Source of the DNA: Amphiscolops sp. MND2022
Lineage: Eukaryota
NCBI GenBank assembly: GCA_964187785.1
Contig: OZ076417.1
Location: 55,552,001 to 55,616,000, forward strand
Length of the DNA stretch: 64,000 nt
Direction: 5' to 3'
Shown piece after piece: positions 26,012-36,800 of this stretch (the stretch's first letter is position 1; the number at the start of each line of letters is the position of its first letter). The notes under the pieces were generated by a model. That model did not search any database. It was not told where the DNA came from and worked only from the letters and a program-made list of their open reading frames with translations. Both the position numbers and the translations under genes were made by a program.

Positions 26012-26651
26012 TGTCGCGATTTTGTTCGCTACACACAGAGTCCTCTGAACTCTGACGAGACATTTGTCTACTATTTTCTTGGGTAAAACACGTTTTAGGG
26101 TGATTTTCCCATGTTTTCTGGCTATTTTCAGATTCGGGGTTCCGTTGTTGCCCACTGGACCTTTGGTCTGCTACGGTGTAATTTGTCATTTTCGGGCCCA
26201 GGTGAGGCCCGTCGGACCCTCGGTCCATTACGGTGAAATTAGCTCTCCCCTGCATATTTAGCGTATTTTGGATAGAAGGAAGCACAGTACTTGTTATTAC
26301 AGCTGTAATTGCGTCTTGAATCTGAGAATTCAAGCCAGTTTTGATCTCATTGAGTTTTCTTGCCATTTGGTTAGAAATTTCCTCATTAATCAACCTAGTT
26401 GTTTCAATAGTTATTTCACTATTTTCTCTACTATTCGTTAGTAGTGACCTAAAGTCCTCTCCAGTTATATTGGAATTTCGTTGAGGCCTGCTAGACTCTG
26501 AGTCTAAGTTTAGCTCATTTTCACTTTGAACATCTCCTTCTTCATTTCTTGAGTAACTTCCTAACATTACATCTACGTTTTCTACGTCAGACATTATGTC
26601 TAATTGCCTTGAGCGCCTTTCCTTATTCTTTTGTTTTCTCGTTGAAGGCAT
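25974..26651 (-). CDS. LTR-encoded ORF in the 3' LTR of B (open; runs 38 nt into the flank)
   Basis: MPSTRKQK...EQNRD; homologous to 39962-40639 and to 60310-60867. Confidence 0.6.
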   Translation of the reverse strand: MPSTRKQKNKERRSRQLDIMSDVENVDVMLGSYSRNEEGDVQSENELNLDSESSRPQRNSNITGEDFRSLLTNSRENSEITIETTRLINEEISNQMARKLNEIKTGLNSQIQDAITAVITSTVLPSIQNTLNMQGRANFTVMDRGSDGPHLGPKMTNYTVADQRSSGQQRNPESENSQKTWENHPKTCFTQENSRQMSRQSSEDSVCSEQNRDNNYKSEILQAIL

Positions 26652-27491
26652 CGAAGATTCAAATCAATTCAACAATAAATTGGTCGAACGAACAGGTATA
26701 TCAACTGTATCTGGTCAGACTAATGGTACAGAATGATCGTGTGTCAATTAGCAATGCGTGGAATGTTGTCAGTTATTCAGGTAATCAGATGAATGAATCT
26801 CTGGTCCGTCCGTCCGTCCCTCCTATATATAGTTTGGGAGGGATGACGGCCAAAATACTGCGCGTCATGTTACTAATAATAGCACTCAGTAGGGTTGCGT
26901 CATAGTGACGTTATTACATCAAAGGAATTTTGTCAGTTAAGCCGACAAGGTGTTATGTAGCGACTTTATATATTCATAACTAATAATTTACAGGTTTTTA
27001 TGATCACTTATTGTAAAAATACAAGTCAACTCCAAAATTAACCGTAGTGGACTTTACGTCCATATGGCTACAGACTAATACTACGCTGGCAGCGTATTGT
27101 ACAATTTCCACCGCGGTGGACATTCAGTCCGCGGAGCTACAATAATTAACTGCAATGTGATTGGATAGCTTGTCCAGTGATGCATGTATAATTGATTAAA
27201 TGATGAGTTCATTCGAACTCGTTTCCTTCCGTGTTGTGTACACGTACTTATTGTCTCTAACAATTTACTGCAAATTTACATTGAATGAGAATACCACAGC
27301 AATTTCCTGATATAACAGGCACGGATTGTTTATTAATTATAACAAATTGTAATAAGGTTAATGTTTGTTGTGGCTCGGTGGTTTGAAGGTCCTATAAGTT
27401 CAGATTGGAAGAACTCCTGGTGGTGGATTTGTGTTGTCTCCTTCCACTAAAAGCTGATAATAGTTGCCGTCACAGGCGGCCGCCTGCGACA
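26012..27491 (-). repeat. Element B 3' LTR (1480 bp)
   Basis: Direct repeat of 40000-41479, about 44 substitutions by eye, no indels. Confidence 0.97.
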
Positions 27492-28209
27492 CTCCCCTAG
27501 GGACAAAGAGCACTATCCTTTGGTCCATTCCTGCAAGGTATGCCTCGCGTCTTCGCATTCTCTCGCCATACGACTCGCCACGATAAGTCGTAGCCTCTAA
27601 GTAGCCCAGTACTGCAGTCTCTTTTATCTGTTCTTAATTTCGTCCACAGACGATACAATCTCCATATTGCGCTGTGTTGGGCTGTCCGCAATGGGCTGCC
27701 ATTCTTACACTTATACCTTGAATATGGGAATTCAGAGGAAGAGGGTGATTGGTCTGTTGTTGTTGTTGTTCCTTGAAGGAAAGGCCATAATACTGTCCTC
27801 GCTCATGCGCTGGTGGCGACAGGGGGTGTCGATCTGTGGCCGTAGTTGTCCGCACTGGCTAATCACTGGACTCCCGGTCCTTTGGGCCTGCCCCCATGAC
27901 CAATGGGTCTGCTTGATCGTCACTTGACTGCAACAAGCTCTCATAGTCATCCCAAGGAAAGTCTGGGAAGGCACTGTCTGAGCAGCCTGAAAGGTCAGTG
28001 GTCATTTGCAGTCCACCAACAGTCGGTTGTGTTTGAGCGGGCAATTGGCGGTAACATGCGATCACCTCAATGTCACTGTCGTCCGACGTGCTGATTGTCG
28101 CATCTACAGATTGTATATCCACATTCTTTTCTTCTCCTGACGAAAAGTAGCTGGGGCTAACAGGAGGGTTGACTAGGTCGTCCATTGGGAATTGTATGTT
28201 CATCTCCAT
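27400..28209 (-). pseudogene. Element B ORF3 (sense, 270 codons, 2 in-frame stops), overlaps PPT and 3' LTR
   Basis: Single frame 28209 to 27400 with stops at 27859-61 and 27634-36. DSDIEVIACY, CGQPN..GDCIVCG and VPRGVSQAAACDGNYYQ..PGVLPI are conserved in C ORF3. Confidence 0.8.
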
Positions 28210-29359
28210 TCGGTATCGTTTTAGGAGTAATTTCTTAGCTATTCTGAATAGAAGATAGGAGAACTGATTTTCACATTTAAGTTTGGCAGAATGATCTCTT
28301 CTTGTCCTTCAGACCTTTGGTCTTTCCCCGTTTCGCGGGAAAATTTAGGCGGGAGACCTTCTTCAGAAGTTTTAAGAATATTTCCCGTAAATGTTTCATT
28401 TTAGTAATATTTGTCATTCCGTAATTTTGTTGATGAACGTTAGACTAAGTTAATAGCCTCTCGAGTCCTTTTGATCTATTTAATTAACAACTAACGAGGT
28501 GTTAACCACTGCTATCAGTGTTTATCATCGCTCATTGTCGGTAAATAGTAACGCCATCAAAGACCATCGGTCTACCCGGCCACATCAACTAAATTGACCA
28601 ATGGGATAATGATGATGAATTAAGGTAAAAAAGTTGATGAAATGAGTAAAATGACGATTTCATCCAAGTGAAAACTAATCTATGAAACTAACTATTTGAT
28701 GAAAGGAAATCAAAGCATGAACTTCTCGACTTCTCTGGCAGGTTGCATCCACGATAAAAGGATTGCAATTATGTAATAGTACAAATGATGCATGAAATAA
28801 TAGTAGGTAACTTCAAAAGAAATGTTTTACTTTTAGGCCACGACATCCGGTACAGCTTCAGGTATTTAACCGTCTTGGGCTTTCCTATATCTAGTGAATT
28901 GTTTTACTTTGATTCCAGTCTTGTTGACAGTGAGTAGTACTAATGATAATACCAACAATCTATGTATCTGTGTCTGTCCTCAGCGTCCCACCAACCACTT
29001 GATTAACTATTTGAATTCTCCATTATACTTTCCTCCTGAACAATCCTTCTTCCAATTTACTTCATTGCCGACTTTGTGTCCCTACAGCCACAAGAGAGTG
29101 TATTGTATGGCGAAATTTCATTGTGGAAAAAGAGCGCTGAGAGGATCGGTATTATCACAGTGTAACTGGTAACCTTGGACGAGAAATTTCTGCTTTTCCG
29201 TCATGGAAATAACATCAGGTTGGTTCTTTAATTTTGTTCAGTCCAAACATGATCAGGGTTCAAACTAAACTATGTTTTACTTCCTCCATCGTGAAATATT
29301 TTCAATCAAACTTTGAATGAAACAAATTTTACTTCCGGAAGTTTTGAAAAAGCGGCAAG

Positions 29360-32300
29360 ATGGATTTGTTTGCTGGAAGTGAACCGCGTAAGTTTACTTC
29401 TTTCCATTTAGGCAAAGAATCAAGTGTCCAACCACCCCAAACGTCCCCTGAGACTGATAATACCACTGAAATTCCGCATGTGGCCCAATCCACCACTGCA
29501 ACTGTACCTCTTGGGACAGAAGATAGTGACACAGACCGTGCTAATGCACAGCAGTTAGCTGAAGAGATTGCGCTACCCAATCTACTGCTTTCTGCCATCG
29601 AAATCATTGAAGAAAGTTCCTCTCAAGCTTCAATGGAGTTAAACTCAGGCGGCCAGTCTCCGGCAGTTTTCGTCACCGAGCCGGACCCAATGTCCCAAAG
29701 GCCTCAATCACCCACTATTCACCTTCGCTATTGAGGCTCCTTGTGACCGGAAACAGCAGCTCTAGAGAAAGTCTCCAAGCATACGTCGCCCGCAAACTGG
29801 TGGATTGTGAAGAAGAGGAAGAAACAAAGGCGATCGGCGAACCTGGACCTTCTACTAGACATGTCTGCGGAATCGGAGGGCCTACAGGCACAGAAATGTG
29901 TCTGTAGCGATTTAGCTTGCAGATGCACTGTAATGTAGCACACAAAACATTCAGTCCAAAACAAGTGTGAGCGATGCAATCACCATTACTCCTGCTGCGA
30001 ATTTGTCAATTGGTACTCCTGGTCTCTCTGCTGCTACTCCGGTTGTCATCTTCATCGGGCCACCAGGACTCAACGCAAGTCAGACTGAAAGTGACCGCTC
30101 ACGTAGCTCAGCGAAAAGGCCTCGGGTAGGTAGCAGTTCAACTTCCGTGAATCAACCTCCCCCTAAGTTTGGGCTGATGTCCTCATACCTTATTCAACAA
30201 GCTCCCTCTAGACAAGAAATCGATTCGACTAAAAGCTGCAATACCAGGAGTCAAGATGAAATCCCCAGTACTTCTGCAGTTGAGCCAGGGTCTGATTTTG
30301 AAACCGTTTCTGATCCTGTTGGTTCCAACATTGCTCAAGCTTTGGACCCCAGGCCTGAGCGCATTTGCCCCATACAGGTTTCAAGGAACCCCCCGAAATA
30401 CCACTCTGAAGCCCAGTAGAAGAGCATTGATAAAGGAGTATTTTGCTGAGGCTGATCCGTCTTTCTTCCCCACGGGACATCCCGTCATTGCTTTTACTGA
30501 GGATCAGGTCAGCACAGTCTTGAAGGTTGTGGCCGAAGCGACTGTCAGATCCACTCAATCCATGCTTGAGAAAATCATCAAGCAGGCCAGTAAACTAAAC
30601 TTGGGACCTGGAGGCGATAGATCGTCACCGCTGAAAACCATGGGTACTAGCAAGTCCAAGCGCGGGAGTACAGGCTCCGTACAATACAATGACACTAGCG
30701 GAGCTCTCCGAAGCGACGATGAGTTCTCAAGCATTGGGTACTCTTTTGAAGGGCGAGAGCACCAGGAGGTAGCTGCACCACCAGTTTCGACTGACAGGCC
30801 TAGTTGTAGCCGTGCCGACCCAACGTCCTTCCAGTCTTCCTTTTTTGCCGGCAGTCCTGGTGAACAGACCTTGGCTTCGCTGAAAGCTGAAGCAATAGAA
30901 GACCGCTCCAAACTATCGCGTAACAAGCGAGGTCGTTTCTCTCAGGCCAACACTACTCGTGGTACTCGAAGAGAAATAACTCGGTCATGCAAGATCATGA
31001 AGGTGGCCTACTTCAAAGGCATGGAGTGGACCAGAACTTTCGTCTCCGGACCTGTCGACACGAAGTGGAATCGTTACAAATTTTATTGTCAAATTGTAAA
31101 GCCAACATTCCCATTTACAGGAAGGGAGCGAGAGAGATTTTGCGTCACCACTCGACAGGGAAACACCTCCGAAAGGACCAAAGGTGGAGGTACGAGTACC
31201 TGTACAAGACTGACCCCGTGACCAAAACTCGTATCCATCAAGTCAGAGGAAAAGACGGTAAGGTACTGAGCCCTTACCAGCTGGAACTAGAGCTCCCCAA
31301 ATTCATCGATAAAGAGTTAGTTGAGATTGGTCCAAAACTCCCCTTTTACGACGATTACCTCTCTGGCATGGACTATATGGCTTCATCATCCGACAATAGA
31401 GCCAGAGTTCAACTTTCCATGCTGGGTCGATTTCTCCCAACTTACGGCGACATTGAGGTACTGAAGCGATTCTGGAGCAACGTTGGGGTCATCGTTAACC
31501 ATCAAGCCTTATTCACTGACTTTGACTGGAGCAAAGAAAGGTTGACTGTAAGTATCCTTCAATATTCAGTCCATCATATTAGGATTTAGTATAGAACTTT
31601 CGGTCCTCGTTATACAATTTCTGTCTTTCTTTTTAGGTCTTGTTCCACCATCTGTTCCAAGAAGTCTTGAATGACATTGTCACTTCCATCAATGCCAATG
31701 GCGAATACTCCCTTGAGTTTGCAAGCGATGGAATCTTTCTGTTGGTCTTTTTGCGGTGTTGGAGAGGAGACAAATTGTGCCGAGTCTTTGTCAAACGGAC
31801 TGGGAGACTGCAAGGCCAGAGCGACGCTGAGATCTGCCTAATCTCTTTCATTATGGGAGCAATCTCAACTAGATCTAAACTGATCAGTTGTACTGGTAGC
31901 AGCGCCCGCACAGTCCAACTTTTGGACCACAGCCCTTACTGTTCTTTCAGTGTGCAAAGCCCTCCCCGCTTCGAAGAACTGACCCTTTCTCAGCTTATGC
32001 ATCGGAAAAGTCAGAGTGTTTTTGGACGAGTCGACTTCGTCTCCACACTGCGCTATCTAGTTGTGTCGCTCGGAGGCAGTCTTGAGCTGGGATGGGTTTT
32101 GCTTTCTCCCGAACTTTCGAAGGAATGTATTATCTTGTAATCACCTACTTCAGACAATTTGGACCTTTGGTGTAAACTGCGGCAGATAGATTGATCCCCT
32201 TTTGCTTTACTAGGCCATTCGCACTTGTCAATTGGATGCCAGTGGACTTCCTGCATTGTGTCGCGAACAATTGGACCAAGGTTCACACGTATCTGAGCAA

Positions 32301-33664
32301 AACTGTTCCTTTTCAAGATATGCAAGGTGTCCGCAAACAGGTATTAATCTTATTTCTCTTTAGGTCCTAGAGACTACAGGTCCTTATCGGTTCTAATCTT
32401 GGTTGTTGTAGGCACAGAACCTAGAGTGGTCAATCGTGTATGACAGTCTTTTCCCCAGTCGGCTCGGGTTATTCTACCGTCTAATACAGGACTGTGAGTG
32501 GACGTTTTTGTAAATCGTTTTCTGTTACATTCTCATTTTCATTGTTTTTTCTTTCCAGATACCAGCAGCTTTACCCTCAACCTTAAGTCTCGGCGCGATA
32601 GAGGATTTCATGTCTACACGGAATTGTGTCAATTCCTATTCAAACTCGCCCGCAGGTGTATTCAATCTGGTAGTCTCCCCGCTGAGCACTACAACCCAGG
32701 GATTCTTAAGTGTTCCTTTCCCGAAGCCACAGCTCTTATCGTTGGAGACTTCATCACTAGGTCCGAGCTAGGGGCTAGACTCGAGGTCGGTTGCAAGCAG
32801 AAGGCTGAGAAGGAGCTTGACGAAGACAAGAACCAGGGCCTTCGTCTTGAAGAAGTGACAGCAAACAATGTAGAAGAATGTGGTCGATCAGCCCGAGGGT
32901 ACGTCGCTTACTTACTTGGAGCAACACAAAAATTCAGCCGATTCACGTCTGACATAGTAAAGGGTCTCGACTCTTTTGACTTGGAAATTTTACTGGTGGA
33001 CCCTATGGAACAGGCCCCTTACTGCTGCAAGCAGCTGTTTACCAGCTTCAGGCTTCGTGGAGTTGTTGATTCATCAGAGGAAACTGTGTACGCTGAGGAA
33101 TACCTTTCTTTTGTTGACGAGCTGCGACGACTTCATCCAGATATGCAACAACCTAAGCTTCTGATAGCCGATGCTGTTGATTTCATTTCTGGCCAAGAGG
33201 CCTTGAAGACCAGACGTCACCTAAACAGGATCTTCTCTCTCAGTTGCATCTGCCTTGACGAGCTAAGATTCAGCTTCCCTGGTGTCAAATTTGGCTCAGT
33301 GAAAACAGACGAACCAACCTGCAGTATGTTTGACGTTGTGGCACCTATTCAGTCGTTCCTTGATCACGGCCTCCGCGGAATAGATATTTTGACTTCTGAT
33401 TCCTCCATAGCCGGTTTCCTCACTCTTGAACGGTCTTTTGGAACCACAGGACTCGAAAGCACATACAGTCCCTGGGACTAAATTGATAACTTTGGGCGCC
33501 AACAAATTAGGGATGTCTCCAATGTCTGTCGACGCACAACCACAGGGGCAGAATCAAGTCGGACAAGTCCTGCCAAATCACCAAAAAGAGTCCGCATATC
33601 CCCTAGCAAATCTACATCCCGACGTGATGTTCCTGAGACCGAAGAGGCATTAATGTCTACTTAG
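29360..33664 (+). pseudogene. Element B antisense, intron-containing gene (BED-like zinc finger, hAT-like region)
   Basis: Start MDLFAGSEPRKFTSFHLGKE; C-x2-C-x16-H-x5-H at 31087-31166 after correcting one frameshift; GT-AG introns 31548-31636, 32341-32411, 32494-32558; homologous to C 57191-52922. Confidence 0.85.
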
Positions 33665-33862
33665 TAAGCCTAGTACTTCAAGTGGTGGATCCGCTAAGCA
33701 ATAATTTTACTTTGTATACGTTTATGTATTAGCCTTTCTTTTATGTATATATTTTGTTGCATTTATTTATACCAGTTATTCACGTCATGCTTGTTGTCCT
33801 CTAGTTAGTCTGGTCCCTGCTATAGTATTTATTTGAAGAGGGGCAGTAATTTACATATCTGT

Positions 33863-36800
33863 CTAGTATGTATTCATCAGTAAAGTTGGGTGTGGGGTTA
33901 GGATGCAGGTTATATTTTCCTCCCCTAGGGTTTTCATTTTGTACAATCACATCATCATTTTCATCATCTAATACTTCGGGCACGATAGTATTGCTCCCCC
34001 CTGATGATAGTTGGTCATCAAGTTCGTCATTTGTGCGTTCTGAATCACTTTCGTCAGGCGATTTAAAATTTTCATTTTCTTGTGGCTCGGTGGACCGAAG
34101 GTCCACATCGGTGAAAATTTCGTCCGGCATGCTGACGTCATCCACAACACCATTTGAAGTGTCTGTGGTATCAAGACGCGTAGGATTTGAGGTGTTTTCA
34201 GTTGAATCGGGAAATTCTCCAAAATTGGTTTCCCAAGTGATAACGTATAGGTCATCTTGTGGAATAATGATTTCGTCGTCCGGTTGCAAATTGCCTTCTG
34301 GTCTGAAATCCTGTAGGACGGTGTTCGGTTCGTATTTGCGCAGTCTGATACGGTGTAGAATTTGCGTTTCGTTGGAATTTAGTTTTCTAACTATATGATT
34401 TTTGTTCGGCAAAACCTTTTCCACAATGTAGGGTCCTGTCCATCGGTATTCGCGGAATGGAATTTTCAATCCTTGGTGATCAGCGATGGGTTGTATTATA
34501 AAACAATAGTCGTTCTGTTTCAAAGGAGCCGCTTTGGCCTTTCGGTCGTAGTATTCTTTGTACTTCAAGTACGATTGCATGATGTTTTTCTTTGTAGAAT
34601 CTAGAAGTATCTTCGTGCAGGGCTGAACTTCGTCTGCAAAATCAGTAGTCGGTAGGACCGTTGGGTTTGGATTAAGGCCCAATTTAAGATCCAATATATT
34701 ATATGGGATTTTTCCGTGGAAACTTCTGGATGGTTCACATGCCAGGGTGGCGTGATGTGTCGTATTGTAATTCAGTACAGCAAACCGCAAGTAATTGTGC
34801 CACTGTCGCCTGTAGTCCCCTCAGGTCATCTTGAGATTCGTTTTGAGACTAGCATGAGTTCGTTCTAGTTTACCAATTGTCTGCGGATGTTTTGTAGTTG
34901 CGCATTTTATTTAGATTCCCAGAATTTGAGGTACTTCGGCAACTAATTTGGACGTAAAGGCTGTCCCCTTGTCTGTAATCAAGGTAGTAGGCAAGTATGT
35001 ATGTTTGGTCATTATGTCTATAATGACCTTTGCCGTGTTTGTGGCCGGAGCGTCGGTGACTGGATTTGCAAAAAGATATCGTGGAAACACGTCCATTGCG
35101 GTTATGATATTTTCGTACCCTCCACTGGGAGGCAGGTTCGGTAACAAATCAATTTGCATTGCATCCTCCGGACCTAAGTCCCATTCGGGCAAATTTAGCA
35201 ATTCGGGCGTTATGGATGAATTTGGAATTCTCTTATCTTTGATGCAAGTCTCGCAGCCTTGAACCCATTTTTTTAACAATTTTTGCGATGCCAGGATAGT
35301 AAAATTTATGGCGCATTTCTATGAGCATCTTGGATATTCCAGGATGTTTATTAGCTTTGCCATGTAGGGATTTAAGTATTTCTTGGACCAGATGTTTTGG
35401 TAATAGGACTTGATTGTATTTGACTGCTGCTGTTTCGTCGAAGTACTGTCTGGTAATAATATCATCCGTGACGGACAGTCGGTCTATTCGGGGTCAGTAA
35501 TGTTGGTAGCGGTTGTCTTGTAATAAGATGGTCTCTGAGGAGCTTTCTTTCAGTATTTTTAAGCGCAATTGTTGCAGAATGACGTCATTGTTTTGTTCGA
35601 CTTCTAGAGTTCATGTATGATAGTTTTTGAAGTGTGGATAGTTTTTGAAGATAGTTTGTGGTAATCACTGTTGTGTGTAGAAAAATTTTCAAATGAAATG
35701 TCAGGTAATTGATTTGCTGGATTATCCCTAGCGTCTTTTTTACGTGGTAAAATTTGTTCTTCCGTCTCGTCATCATCCTCTGTACAGAAGATTTGCTCCT
35801 CTTCCGAAACTCCGGCCGATTGGACGTTTAGTTCAATCGGTGTTGTGGGGATATCTTCTCTAAATCTGAGGATTAATTTCTCTTTTGGAGAGATCTCTAG
35901 ACGTGACAGGTAGTCAGCTGCTGTGTTGTTTTTGCCTGGGATATGCGCTATGGTGAAATTGAACTGAATGACATAATCGCAAGCGTTCCATAGTGTTGGC
36001 GGAACAATTTTTGTCCGAAAGAATCTTGTGACGGACTTGTTGTCCGTTGGTATAATCACCGGTTTTGGGGTTCCCCAAAAGATGTGTTCGAATTCCTTAA
36101 AGGCAAAGAAAATTGCCAAGCATTCTTTCTCATCGATGGACATTTTCAATTGGGTAGGACTAAAGCTCTTGGATCCATAAGGTACTGGTGCGAAAGCTTT
36201 CCTCGAAGAAGTGTACTTCTCGAGTGGATCGTCCTCGATGAGAACTGCGTACCCTGCAGCCGAAAAGCTAGCATGTGTCATAAGGGCTATTTGCTTGTTC
36301 GGTAGGGGCTGTTTGAGTGCCAGTTCGCAACATCGGTCGAGAGCTTTGTTTATTTCGGTGAATTGTTCCAAGATGTCCAGTGTTACCAGGACTTTTTCAT
36401 CTTTGGTGAGCAGTTTGAAAAACGGTGTTAGTTTTTCTGATAGTCTCAGGATGTAGTTTCGATATTAGTTCAGAAATCCTAAGTAGCGCTGTAGTGCTTT
36501 CTTAGATTTCGGGAATTTCGTATTTTCTAGGATGTTTTGGACCCGTGGTCTCTGTGGTGGTCCGCAGGAGTGATAGTACGTCCCAGAAAATCAATTTCCG
36601 TGGCACCAAAGTGACATTTATGCATGGTAAGCTTTAGACCAGCTTTCTGAATGCATTTGAAAGTGGCCCTGAGGTTGTTGATAAGTTGTTCGGCGTCATT
36701 GGCGGCAATACCAATGTCATCAACTTACTGGGCACATTGGTTTGCTTTGATGACTTTGTCCAAATATTCGCGCATAAAGCTGGAAAACGCCAATAGGGCT

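Noticed and set aside
27400-33664. env gene in the 3' region of B or C
   Set aside because: No signal peptide, furin site or TM helix is visible. The large ORF is antisense and has a zinc finger.
33868-34398. Ser-rich 176-aa plus-strand ORF and similar overlapping ORFs (e.g. 17032-17565, 19889-20329, 30555-30926)
   Set aside because: These are antisense shadows of real reading frames.
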